Shown here piece after piece: positions 28,901 through 44,052 of a stretch of DNA of 64,000 bases. The notes beneath the pieces were generated by a model that saw only the letters and a program-made list of their open reading frames with translations, ran no database searches and was not told where the DNA came from. This stretch comes from the human T2T-CHM13v2.0 reference genome, Homo sapiens. A program made the translations under genes and the position numbers. The first letter of the stretch is position 1. Each line of letters starts with the position of its first letter. The stretch lies in the NCBI RefSeq assembly GCF_009914755.1, contig NC_060940.1; one strand, 5' to 3'.

Positions 28901-31834
28901 TGATGATTCCGTTCTATTCCATTCAATGATTGCATTCAATTCCATTCAATGATTATCCCCTTAGAGTAAACTCAACGATTCCATTCAATACCATTCGATG
29001 ATGATTCCTTTTGAGTCCATTCAATGATTTCATTCAAGTCCATTTGATGATTCCTTTCAATTCCATTCTATGATGATTCCATTCGAGTCCATTCGATGAT
29101 TCCATTCGATTGCATTCGATGATTCCATTATATTCCATTCAACAATGATTCCATTCGAGTCCATTCGATGATTCCATTAGAGTACATTTAATGATTGCTT
29201 TGTTTTCAATTCGAAGATGATTACATTGGATTCCATTCTATGATACCATTCGATTCCATTCAATGATGATTCCACTCAAATCCATTGGATGATTCCATTC
29301 GTGTCCATTCGGTGATTTCATTAGATTCCATTCGAGGATGATTCCATTCGATTCCATTCGATGATTCCATTCAATTCCATTCGATGATGATTCCATTCCA
29401 GTCCATATGATCATTCCATTTGATTTCATTCGATGGATGATTCCATTCGATTCCATTCAATGATTCCATTCTATTCCATTCGATGATGATTCCATTCGAG
29501 TCCATTCGATGATTCCATTCGAGTCCATTTAATGATTCCATTGGGTTCAATTCAATGATGATTACATTGGATTCCGTTCTATGATTCCATTCAATTCCGT
29601 TCATTGACAATTTGATTCCATTCGATGATGATTCCATTTGAGTTCATTCGATGATTCTATTCGATTCTCTTCGATGGTGATTCAATTCTATTATATTGGA
29701 TGATTCCATTCGATTCCATTTGATGTTGATTCAATTCGATTCTATTCGATGATGATTCCATTGGATTTCACTTGATGATTCTATTCGATTCCATTCAATG
29801 ATGATTCACTTCTCGTCCATTGGATGATTCCATTTCATTCCATTCGATGATGATTCCATTCGATTCCATTCGATGATTCCATTTGATTCCATGCGTCGGT
29901 GAGCAATTCGATTCAATTCCATGATGATTCTATTTGATTCAATTAGATGATGTTTCCATTCGAATCCATTCCATGATTATTCCATTGGAATCCATTCGGC
30001 GATGATTCCATATGAGTCAATTCAATGATGATTCCATATGGGTCCGTTTGATGATAATTCCATTTGATTTCATTCGGTGCTTCTATTCAATTCCAGTCGA
30101 TGATGATTCCGCTGGAGTCCATACGATGATTCCATTTGATTTCATTTGATGATGATTCCATTCGATGATGATTACATTGGATTCCATTCTATGATTCCAT
30201 TCAATTCCATTCGTTGATGATTCGATTCCATTCAATGATGATTCCATTTGAGTTCATTCGATGATTCTATTCGATTCCGTTCGATGGTGATTCAATTCTC
30301 TTATATTGGATGAATCCACTCGATTCCATTTGATGATTATTCCATTGGAGTCCACTTAGTGAATCCTTCAGATTCTACTCGAAGATGATTCCATTCCAGT
30401 CCATTCGATGATACCATTCAATTCCATTCGTTGATGCTTCCATTCAAGTGCATTCGATGATATCATTCGATTCCATTTGATGATAATTCCATTTGATTCC
30501 ATGCGATGATTCTATTCGATTCCATTCAATGATAATTCCATTCAGTTCAGTGATTCCTCTGGACTCCATTTGATGATGATTCCATTCAATGATTCCATTC
30601 GATTCTATTCGAAAATGATTCCATTTGAATCCATTTGATGATGATTCCATTAGATTCCATTTGATGATTCCATTCGATTCCATGCGACGATGATTCCATT
30701 CGATTCCATGTGATGATTCCATTCTATTCTATTCGATGATGATTCCATTCGATTCCATTCGATGATGATTGGATTCGATTCCATTTGATGTTTTCATTTG
30801 ATTCCATTCGTTAATGATTTCGATCAATTCCATTCGATGATTCCATTCGATTCCATTCGATAATGATTACATCCGTGTCCATTCAATGATTCCATTTGAG
30901 CCGGTTCGATAATTCCATTTGTGTCCAACCAATGATTCCATTCATTTCCATTCAATGATTCCATTCGAGTCCATTTGATCATTCCGGTAGGGTCCATTCG
31001 ATGTTGATTCCATTGGAGTGCATTCGATGATTCCATTCGAGTCCATTTTATGATTTGATTCGAGTCCTTTCGATGATTCCATTCGATTCCACTCGATGAT
31101 GATTTCATTCGAGTCCATTCGACACTTCCAATCGATTCCATTTGATGTTTCCATTCGAGTCCAATTGATGATTCCATTCAATTCCATTCGATGATGATTC
31201 CGTACGATTCCATTCTGTGATGATTCCATGTGATTGCATTCAATGATGATTCCTTTAGATTGCATTCGATTGTGATTCATTTCGTGTTCTTTCTATGGTT
31301 CCACAGGTTTCCATTCGTGTCCATTCCATTATTCCATTCTATTCCATTTGATGATGATTCCATTCGATTCCATTCATTGGTGATTCCACTCAATTCCATT
31401 CAATGATTCCATTCCATTTCTTTCAACAATGATTCCATTAGTTTCTAATCGATGATCCACTTGATTCCATTTGACGACGATTCCATTCTTGTCCATTCGA
31501 TGATTCCATTTGATTCCATATGATGATGATTCCATTCGATTCCATACGATGATGATTCCATTCGAGTCCATTCAATGGTGATTCCATTCAATTCCATTCG
31601 ATGATTCCTTTCGATTCCATTCGATGATGATGGCATTCGATTCCTTTCAATCATTCCCTTTGATTCCATTCAAAGGTGATTTCATTCAAGTCCATTCGAT
31701 AATTGCATTCGATTCCATTCTATGATGATTCCATTCGAGTCCATTTGATGATTCCATTCAATTCAAGTCAATGATGATTCCATTCGATTCCATTCGATGA
31801 TTCCATTGGATTCCATTCGATGATGATTCCATTC
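25994..31834 (+). repeat. Higher-order unit B3 (5841 bp)
   Basis: Anchors at 25994 and 31835. B-type head. A 1-bp G insertion near 29435 (CGATGGATGA). Confidence 0.91.
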
Positions 31835-34800
31835 AAATCCATTCGATAATTCAATTCAAGTCCATTCGATGATGATTAAAATCGAATCCATTCAAAGATT
31901 CCATTCAGTTCCATTCGATGATTCCCTTAGATTCCATTCGATGATTCCACTTGATTCCATTTACGATGATTCCATTCGATTCCATGTGATGATTCCATTC
32001 AATTCTATTCAATGCTGTTTCCATTTGATTCCATTCGACCATGATTGCCTTTGATTCCATTCAATGACTCCATTCGGTTCCTTTTGATGATGATTCCGTT
32101 CGATTCCATTTCATTATTCCATTTGATTCCATTGGATGAGTCCATTCGATTACATTCGATGATTATTCCATTCGAGTGCATTAGATGATTCCATTCGAGT
32201 CCATTCGATGATTCCATTCGATTCCATTCGATGTTGATTCTGTTCAAATCCATTCGATGATTCCACTCGATTCCATTCGATGACTCCAGTTGATCCCATT
32301 CGATGATTTCCTTTGATTCCCTTTGATGATCATTCCATTTGATTCAATTCGGTGATTTCATTTGATTCCATTCAGTGATGTTTCCATTCGACTCCATTCG
32401 ATGATGATTCCATTCGACTCCATTCGATTATGATTTCATTCAATTCCATTCGATAATGATTCCCTTCGAGTCCATTCGATGATTCCATTCGATTCCATTC
32501 AACGATGATTTGATTCGTGTCCATTCGATGATTCCATTTGATTCCACTTGATGATGATTCCATTCGAGTCCATTTGATGATTCCATTCAATTCCATTCTC
32601 CGATGATTTCTTTTGAGCCCATTCAATGCTTCCACTCGATTCCATATGATGATGACTCCATTCGATGAAATTCGATGATGATTCCATTCGCTTGCATTCG
32701 ATGATGATTCCACTTGAGTCCATTAGAAGATTCTATTCAATTACATTCCATGACGATTCCGTTCGAGTCCATTTGATGATTCCATTAGACTCCATTCGAC
32801 GATGATTCCATTCGATGTTATTCGATGATTCCATTCGATCTCATTCGATGATGATTCCATTCAACTCCATTCGATGTTTCCATTCGAGTTCATTCTATTA
32901 TTCCATTAGATTCCATTCGATGATGATTCCATTCGATTCCATTTGATGATTGCATTCTATTTCATTTGATGATGATTCCATTCGAGTCCACTCGATGATT
33001 CCATTCGAGTCCATTTAATGAATCCATTGGTTTCAATTCTATGATGATTACATTGGATTCCATTCGTTGATGATTTCATTCGGTTCCATTCAATGATGAT
33101 TCCATTCAATTCCTTTCAATGTTTCCATTCAATTCCATACGATGATGATTCCATTTGATTTGATTCGACAGTGAGCCATTCGATTCAATTCCATGATGAT
33201 TCTATTTGATTCAATTGGTTGACATTTCCATTCGATTCCATTCGATGATGATTCCCATTGATTCCATTCAAAGATGATTCCATTCTAGCCCATTCAATCA
33301 TTCCATTCGATTCTATTCAATGATGATTCCATTCATGTCGATTTGGTGATTCCATTTGACTTCATTTGATGATGATTCCTTTCAAGTTCATTAGATGATT
33401 CCATTCGATTCCATTTGATGATGATCCCATTCGAGTCCATTCAGTGATTCCACTCGTTTCCATTCCATGATGATTCCATTCCATTCCATTCAATGATTCC
33501 ATTCGATTCCGTTTGATGATGATTTCATTCGAGTCCATTTGATGATTCCATTTGATTCCTTTCGATGATGATTTCATTCGAGTCCATTCGATGATTCTAT
33601 TCGAATCCATTTGATGATTTCTTTTGATTATAGTTGGTGATGATTCCATTGGAGTCCATTCAATGATTCCATTTGATTCCAATCGATGGTGATTCCATTA
33701 GAGTCCATTTAATGATTCCATTCCATTTGATTCCAGTCTCTGATGATTACATTCGAGTCCATACGATGATTCCACTCAATTCCATATGATGATGATTCCA
33801 TTCGATTCCATTCGATGATTCCATTCTATTCTATTCAATGGTGATTCCATTCGAGTACATTAGATGATTCCATTCGATTCCATTCAATGATGATTCTATT
33901 TGTGTCCCTTAGATGATTCCACATGATTCCATTAGATGATGATACTATTTGAGCCCATCCAATGATTCCCTTCGATTCCATTCGATGAGGATTCCATTCG
34001 CTTCAATTCATTGGTGATTCTATTCAATTCAATTCTTTGATTCCATTCCATTCCATTCGACAATGATTCCATTCGATTTCTTTCGATGATTCCACTCGAT
34101 TCCACTTGACATTGATTCCATTCGATTCCATTCAATGATTCCATTTATTCCAGTGGATGATGATTGCCATCGATTCCATTCGATCACTCCATTCTATTCA
34201 ATTTGATGATGATTACATTCGATTCCATTTGACGATTCCATCTGATTCTATTCGAGGATACCATTTGATTCCATTCGATGATGATTCCATTCGAGTCCAT
34301 TCGATGATTTCATTCGAGTACATCCAATGATTCCATTCGAGTCCATTTGATGATTCCATTTGATTCCATTTGATAATGATTCTACTAGAGTCCATTCAAT
34401 GACTCCATTGGAGTCCATTCAACAATTCCATTCGACTCCATTTGATGATTCCATTCGATTCCATTTGATGGTTCCATTCGAGTCCATTTAATCATTACAG
34501 TCGAGTCCATTTGGTGATTCCACCGGATTTCTTTTGATAATGATACCATACAATTACATTTGATGATGATCCCATTCAATTTCATTTGATGATGATTCCA
34601 TTAGAGTCCATTCGATGATTTCATTCGAGTCCCTTCACTGATTCCATCCGATTTCATTGGATGATGACTCCATTCGAGTCCATTCGATGATTCCACTCGA
34701 TTCCATTAGATGATTCCATTGGAGTCCATTTGATTGTTCCATTCGATTCCATTCGATTCCTTTCGAAGATTATTCCATTTGAGTCCATTCGATGATGATT

Positions 34801-37800
34801 CCATTCCATTCCATTCGATGATTCCGTTTGATTCCATTCAATGATTCCCTTCGATTCCTTTCTTTGATGATTCCATTCCATTCCATTCAATGATTCCATT
34901 CGAATCTATTCCATGATGATTCCTTTCGATTCCATTCGCTGATGTTTCCGTTCAATTCCATTCGATGATGATTCCATTCGATTCCATTCATTGAGGATTC
35001 CATTTGATTCCATTCAATGATGATTCCATTCTATTCCATTCAATGATTGCATTCAATTCCATTCAATGATTATCCCCTTAGAGTAAACTCAACGATTCCA
35101 TTCAATACCATTCGATGATGATTCCTTTTGAGTCCATTCAATGATTTCATTCAAGTCCATTTGATGATTCCTTTCAATTCCATTCTATGATGATTCCATT
35201 CGAGTCCATTCGATGATTCCATTCGATTGCATTCGATGATTCCATTATATTCCAGTCAACGATGATTCCATTCGAGTCCATTCGATGATTCCATTAGAGC
35301 ACATTTAATGATTGCTTTGTTTTCAATTCGAAGATGATTACATTGGATTCCATTCTATGATACCATTCGATATTATTCAATGATGATTCCACTCAAATCC
35401 ATTGGATGATTCCATTTGTGTCCATTCGGTGATTTCATTAGATTCCATTCGAGGATGATTCCATTCGATTCCATTCGATGATTCCATTCAATTCCATTCG
35501 ATGATGATTCCATTCCAGTCCCTATGATCATTCCATTTGATTTCATTCGATGATGATTCCATTCGATTCCATTCGATGATTCCATTCTATTCCATTCGAT
35601 GATGATTCCATTCGAGTCCATTCGATGATTCCATTCGAGTCCATTTAATGATTCCATTGGGTTCAATTCAATGATGATTACATTGGATTCCGTTCTATGA
35701 TTCCATTCAATTCCGTTCATTGACAATTTGATTCCATTCGATGATGATTCCATTTGAGTTCATTCGATGATTCTATTCGATTCTCTTCGATGGTGATTCA
35801 ATTCTATTATATTGGATGATTCCATTCGATTCCATTTGATGTTGATTCAATTCGATTCTATTCGATGATGATTCCATTGGATTTCACTTGATGATTCTAT
35901 TCGATTCCATTCAATGATGATTCACTTCTCGTCCATTGGATGATTCCATTTCATTCCATTCGATGATGATTCCATTCGATTCCATTCGATGATTCCATTT
36001 GATTCCATGCGTCGGTGAGCAATTCGATTCAATTCCATGATGATTCTATTTGATTCAATTAGATGATGTTTCCATTCGAATCCATTCCATGATTATTCCA
36101 TTGGAATCCATTCGGCGATGATTCCATATGAGTCAATTCAATGATGATTCCATATGGGTCCGTTCGATGATAATTCCATTTGATTTCATTCGGTGCTTCT
36201 ATTCAATTCCAGTCGATGATGATTCCGTTGGAGTCCATACGATGATTCCATTTGATTTCATTTGATGATGATTCCATTCGATGATGATTACATTGGATTC
36301 CATTCTATGATTCCATTCAATTCCATTCGTTGATGATTCGATTCCATTCAATGATGATTCCATTTGAGTTCATTCGATGATTCTATTCGATTCCGTTCGA
36401 TGGTGATTCAATTATCTTATATTGGATGAATCCACTCGATTCCATTTGATGATTATTCCATTGGAGTCCACTTAGTGAATCCTTCAGATTCTACTCGAAG
36501 ATGATTCCATTCAAGTCCATTCGATGATACCATTCAATTCCATTCGTTGATGCTTCCATTCAAGTGCATTCGATGATATCATTCGATTCCATTTGATGAT
36601 AATTCCATTTGATTCCATGCGATGATTCTATTCGATTCCATTCAATGATAATTCCATTCAGTTCAGTGATTCCTCTGGACTCCATTTGATGATGATTCCA
36701 TTCAATGATTCCATTCGATTCTATTCGAAAATGATTCCATTTGAATCCATTTGATGATGATTCCATTAGATTCCATTTGATGATTCCATTCGATTCCATG
36801 CGACGATGATTCCATTCGATTCCATGTGATGATTCCATTCTATTCTATTCGATGATGATTCCATTCGATTCCATTCGATGATGATTGGATTCGATTCCAT
36901 TTGATGTTTTCCTTTGATTCCATTCGTTAATGATTTCGATCAACTCCATTCGATGATTCCATTCGATTCCATTCGATAATGATTACATCCGTGTCCATTC
37001 AGTGATTCCATTTGAGCCCGTTCAATAATTCCATTTGAGTCCAACCAATGATTCCATTCATTTCCATTCAATGATTCCATTCGAGTCCATTTGATCATTC
37101 CGGTAGGGTCCATTCGATGTTGATTCCATTGGAGTGCATTCGATGATTCCATTCGAGTCCATTTTATGATTTGATTCGAGTCCTTTCGATGATTCCATTC
37201 GATTCCACTCGATGATGATTTCATTCGAGTCCATTCGACACTTCCAATCGATTCCATTTGATGTTTCCATTCGAGTCCAATTGATGATTCCATTCAATTC
37301 CATTCGATGATGATTCCGTACGATTCCATTCTGTGATGATTCCATGTGATTGCATTCAATGATGATTCCTTTAGATTGCATTCGATTGTGATTCATTTCG
37401 TCTTCATTCTATGGTTCCACAGGTTTCCATTCGTGTCCATTCCATTATTCCATTCTATTCCATTTGATGATGATTCCATTCGATTCCATTCATTGGTGAT
37501 TCCACTCAATTCCATTCAATGATTCCATTCCATTTCTTTCAACAATGATTCCATTAGTTTCTAATCGATGATCCACTTGATTCCATTTGACGACGATTCC
37601 ATTCTTGTCCATTCGATGATTCCATTTGATTCCATATGATGATGATTCCATTCGATTCCATACGATGATGATTCCATTCGAGTCCATTCAATGGTGATTC
37701 CATTCAATTCCATTCGATGATTCCTTTCGATTCCATTCGATGATGATGGCATTCGATTCCTTTCAATCATTCCCTTTGATTCCATTCAAAGGTGATTTCA

Positions 37801-37950
37801 TTCAAGTCCATTCGATAATTGCATTCGATTCCATTCTATGATGATTCCATTCGAGTCCATTTGATGATTCCATTCAATTCAAGTCAATGATGATTCCATT
37901 CGATTCCATTCGATGATTCCATTGGATTCCATTCGATGATGATTCCATTC
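31835..37950 (+). repeat. Higher-order unit C2 (6116 bp; C head, B-type tail)
   Basis: Anchors at 31835 and 37951. Length = 6112 +5 (extra TTCCA near 33721) -1 (near 34146). Confidence 0.9.
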
Positions 37951-40900
37951 AAATCCATTCGATAATTCAATTCAAGTCCATTCGATGATGATTAAAATCG
38001 AATCCATTCAAAGATTCCATTCAGTTCCATTCGATGATTCCCTTAGATTCCATTCGATGATTCCACTTGATTTCATTTACGATGATTCCATTCGATTCCA
38101 TGTGATGATTCCATTCAATTCTATTCAATGCTGTTTCCATTTCTTTCCATTCGACCATGATTGCCTTTGATTCCATTCAATGACTCCATTCGGTTCCTTT
38201 TGATGATGATTCCGTTCGATTCCATTTCATTATTCCATTTGATTCCATTGGATGAGTCCATTCGATTACATTCGATGATTATTCCATTCGAGTGCATTAG
38301 ATGATTCCATTCGAGTCCATTCGATGATTCCATTCGATGTTGATTCTGTTCAAATCCATTCGATGATTCCACTCGATTCCATTCGATGACTCCAGTTGAT
38401 CCCATTCGATGATTTCCTTTGATTCCCTTTGATGATCATTCCATTTGATTCAATTCGGTGATTTCATTTGATTCCATTCAGTGATGTTTCCATTCGACTC
38501 CATTCGATGATGATTCCATTCGACTCCATTCGATTATGATTTCATTCAATTCCATTCGATAATGATTCCCTTTGAGTCCATTCGATGATTCCATTCGATT
38601 CCATTCAACGATGATTTGATTCGTGTCCATTCGATGATTCCATTTGATTCCACTTGATGATGATTCCATTCGAGTCCATTTGATGATTCCATTCAATTCC
38701 ATTCTCCGATGATTTCTTTTGAGCCCACTCAATGCTTCCACTCGATTCCATATGATGATGACTCCATTCAATGAAATTCGATGATGATTCCATTCGCTTG
38801 CATTCGATGATGATTCCACTTGAGTCCATTAGAAGATTCTATTCAATTACATTCCATGACGATTCCGTTCGAGTCCATTTGATGATTCCATTAGACTCCA
38901 TTCGACGATGATTCCATTCGATGTTATTCGATGATTCCATTCGATCTCATTCGATGATGATTCCATTCAACTCCATTCGATGTTTCCATTCGAGTTCATT
39001 CTATTATTCCATTAGATTCCATTCGATGATGATTCCATTCGATTCCATTTGATGATTGCATTCTATTTCATTTGATGATGATTCCATTCGAGTCCACTCG
39101 ATGATTCCATTCGAGTCCATTTAATGAATCCATTGGTTTCAATTCTATGATGATTACATTGGATTCCATTCGTTGATGATTTCATTCGGTTCCATTCAAT
39201 GATGATTCCATTCAATTCCTTTCAATGTTTCCATTCAATTCCATACGATGATGATTCCATTTGATTTGATTCGACAGTGAGCCATTCGATTCAATTCCAT
39301 GATGATTCTATTTGATTCCATTGGTTGACATTTCCATTCGATTCCATTCGATGATGATTCCCTTTGATTCCATTCAAAGATGATTCCATTCTAGCCCATT
39401 CAATCATTCCATTCGATTCTATTCAATGATGATTCCATTCATGTCGATTTGGTGATTCCATTTGACTTCATTTGATGATGATTCCTTTCAAGTTCATTAG
39501 ATGATTCCATTCGATTCCATTTGATGATGATCCCATTCGAGTCCATTCAGTGATTCCACTCGTTTCCATTCCATGATGATTCCATTCCATTCCATTCAAT
39601 GATTCCATTCGATTCCGTTTGATGATGATTTCATTCGAGTCCATTTGATGATTCCATTTGATTCCATTCGATGATGATTCCATTCGAGTCCATTCGATGA
39701 TTCTATTCGAATCCATTTGATGATTTCTTTTGATTATATTTGGTGATGATTCCATTGGAGTCCATTCAATGATTCCATTCGATTCCAATCGATGGTGATT
39801 CCATTAGAGTCCATTTAATGATTCCATTTGATTCCAGTCTCTGATGATTACATTCGAGTCCATACGATGATTCCACTCAATTCCATATCATGATGATTCC
39901 ATTCGATTCCATTCGATGATTCCATTCTATTCTATTCAATGGTGATTCCATTCGAGTACATTAGATGATTCCATTCGATTCCATTCAATGATGATTCTAT
40001 TTGTGTCCCTTAGATGATTCCACATGATTCCATTAGATGATGATACTATTTGAGCCCATCCAATGATTCCCTTCGATTCCATTCGATGAGGATTCCATTC
40101 GATTCAATTCATTGGTGATTCTATTCAATTCAATTCTTTGATTCCATTCCATTCCATTCGACAATGATTCCATTCGATTTCTTTCGATGATTCCACTCGA
40201 TTCCACTTGACATTGATTCCCTTCGATTCCATTCAATGATTCCATTTGATTCCAGTGGATGATGATTGCCATCGATTCCATTTGATCACTCCATTCTATT
40301 CCACTTGATGATGATTACATTCGATTCCATTTGACGATTCCATCTGATTCTATTCGAGGATTCCATTTGATTCCATTCGATGATGATTCCATTCGAGTCC
40401 ATTCGATGATATCATTCGAGTACATCCAATGATTCCATTCGAGTCCATTTGATGATTCCATTTGATTCCATTTGATAATGATTCTACTAGAGTCCATTCA
40501 ATGACTCCATTGGAGTCCATTCAACAATTCCATTCGACTCCATTTGATGATTCCATTGGATTCCATTTGATGATTCCATTCGAGTCCATTTAATCATTAC
40601 AGTCGAGTCCATTTGGTGATTCCACCGGCTTTCTTTTGATAATGATACCATTCAATTACATTTGATGATGATCCCATTCAATTTCATTTGATGATGATTC
40701 CATTAGAGTCCATTCGATGATTTCATTCGAGTCCCTTCATTGATTCCATCCGATTTCATTGGATGATGACTCCATTCGAGTCCATTCGATGATTCCACTC
40801 GATTCCATTAGATGATTCCATTGGAGTCCATTTGATTGTTCCATTCGATTCCATTCGATTCCTTTCGAAGATTATTCCATTTGAGTCCATTCGATGATGA

Positions 40901-43900
40901 TTCCATTCCATTCCATTCGATGATTCCGTTTGATTCCATTCGATGATTCCCTTCCATTCCTTTCTTTGATGATTCCATTCCATTCCATTCAATGATTCCA
41001 TTCGAATCTATTCCATGATGATTCCTTTCGATTCCATTCGCTGATGTTTCCGTTCAATTCCATTCGATGATGATTCCATTCGATTCCATTCATTGAGGAT
41101 TCCATTTGATTCCATTCAATGATGATTCCGTTCTATTCCATTCAATGATTGCATTCAATTCCATTCAGTGATTATCCCCTTAGAGTAAACTCAACGATTC
41201 CATTCAATACCATTCGATGATGATTCCTTTTGAGTCCATTCAATGATTTCATTCAAGTCCATTTGATGATTCCTTTCAATTCCATTCTATGATGATTCCA
41301 TTCGAGTCCATTCGATGATTCCATTCGATTGCATTCGATTATTCCATTATATTCCAGTCAACGATGATTCCATTCGAGTCCATTCGATGATTCCATTAGA
41401 GTACATTTAATGATTGCTTTGTTTTCAATTCGAAGATGATTACATTGGATTCCATTCTATGATACCATTCGATTCCATTCAATGATGATTCCACTCAAAT
41501 CCATTGGATGATTCCATTCGTGTCCATTCGGTGATTTCATTAGATTCCATTCGAGGATGATTCCATTCGATTCCATTCGATGATTCCATTCAATTCCATT
41601 CGAGGATGATTCCATTCCAGTCCATATGATCATTCCATTTGATTTCATTCGATGATGATTCCATTCGATTCCATTCGATGATTCCATTCTATTCCATTCG
41701 ATGATGATTCCATTCGAGTCCATTCGATGATTCCATTCGAGTCCATTTAATGATTCCATTGGGTTCAATTCAATGATGATTACATTGGATTCCGTTCTAT
41801 GATTCCATTCAATTCCGTTCATTGACAATTTGATTCCATTCGATGATGATTCCATTTGAGTTCATTCGATGATTCTATTCGATTCTCTTCGATGGTGATT
41901 CAATTCTATTATATTGGATGATTCCATTCGATTCCATTTGATGTTGATTCAATTCGATTCTATTCGATGATGATTCCATTGGATTTCACTTGATGATTCT
42001 ATTCGATTCCATTCAATGATGATTCACTTCTCGTCCATTGGATGATTCCATTTCATTCCATTCGATGATGATTCCATTCGATTCCATTCGATGATTCCAT
42101 TTGATTCCATGCGTCGGTGAGCAATTCGATTCAATTCCATGATGATTCTATTTGATTCAATTAGATGATGTTTCCATTCGAATCCATTCCATGATTATTC
42201 CATTGGAATCCATTCGGCGATGATTCCATATGAGTCAATTCAATGATGATTCCATATGGGTCCGTTCGATGATAATTCCATTTGATTTCATTCGGTGCTT
42301 CTATTCAATTCCAGTCGATGATGATTCCGTTGGAGTCCATACGATGATTCCATTTGATTTCATTTGATGATGATTCCATTCGATGATGATTACATTGGAT
42401 TCCATTCTATGATTCCATTCAATTCCATTCGTTGATGATTCGATTCCATTCAATGATGATTCCATTTGAGTTCATTCGATGATTCTATTCGATTCCGTTC
42501 GATGGTGATTCAATTCTCTTATATTGGATGAATCCACTCGATTCCATTTGATGATTATTCCATTGGAGTCCACTTAGTGAATCCTTCAGATTCTACTCGA
42601 AGATGATTCCATTCAAGTCCATTCGATGATACCATTCAATTCCATTCGTTGATGCTTCCATTCAAGTGCATTCGATGATATCATTCGATTCCATTTGATG
42701 ATAATTCCATTTGATTCCGTGCGATGATTCTATTCGATTCCATTCAATGATAATTCCATTCAGTTCAGTGATTCCTCTGGACTCCATTTGATGATGATTC
42801 CATTCAATGATTCCATTCGATTCTATTCGAAAGTGATTCCATTTGAATCCATTTGATGATGATTCCATTAGATTCCATTTGATGATTCCATTCGATTCCA
42901 TGCGACGATGATTCCATTCGATTCCATGTGATGATTCCATTCTATTCTATTCGATGATGATTCCATTCGATTCCATTCGATGATGATTGGATTCGATTCC
43001 ATTTGATGATATCATTTGATTCCATTCGTTAATGATTTCGATCAATTCCATTCGATGATTCCATTCGATTCCATTCGATAATGATTACATCCGTGTCCAT
43101 TCAGTGATTCCATTTGAGCCTGTTCGATAACTCCATTTGAGTCCAACCAATGATTCCATTCATTTCCATTCAATGATTCCATTCGAGTCCATTTGATCAT
43201 TCCGGTAGGGTCCATTCGATGTTGATTCCATTGGAGTGCATTCGATGATTCCATTCGAGTCCATTTTACGATTTGATTCGAGTCCTTTCGATGATTCCAT
43301 TCGATTCCACTCGATGATGATTTCATTCGAGTCCATTCGACACTTCCAATCGATTCCATTTGATGTTTCCATTCGAGTCCAATTGATGATTCCATTCAAT
43401 TCCATTCGATGATGATTCCGTAGGATTCCATTCTGTGATGATTCCATGTGATTGCATTCAATGATGATTCCTTTAGATTGCATTCGATTATGATTCATTT
43501 CGTGTTCATTCTATGGTTCCACAGGTTTCCATTCGTGTCCATTCCATTATTCCATTCTATTCCATTTGATGATGATTCCATTCGATTCCATTCATTGGTG
43601 ATTCCACTCAATTCCATTCAATGATTCCATTCCATTTCTTTCAACAATGATTCCATTAGTTTCTAATCGATGATCCACTTGATTCCATTTGACGACGATT
43701 CCATTCTTGTCCATTCGATGATTCCATTTGATTCCATATGATGATGATTCCATTCGATTCCATACGATGATGATTCCATTCGAGTCCATTCAATGGTGAT
43801 TCCATTCAATTCCATTCGATGATTCCTTTCGATTCCATTCGATGATGATGGCATTCGATTCCTTTCAATCATTCCCTTTGATTCCATTCAAAGGTGATTT

Positions 43901-44052
43901 CATTCAAGTCCATTCGATAATTGCATTCGATTCCATTCTATGATGATTCCATTCGAGTCCATTTGATGATTCCATTCAATTCAAGTCAATGATGATTCCA
44001 TTCGATTCCATTCGATGATTCCATTGGATTCCATTCGATGATGATTCCATTC
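37951..44052 (+). repeat. Higher-order unit C3 (6102 bp; C head, B-type tail)
   Basis: Anchors at 37951 and 44053. Length = 6112 -10 (decamer missing near 38335). Confidence 0.9.
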
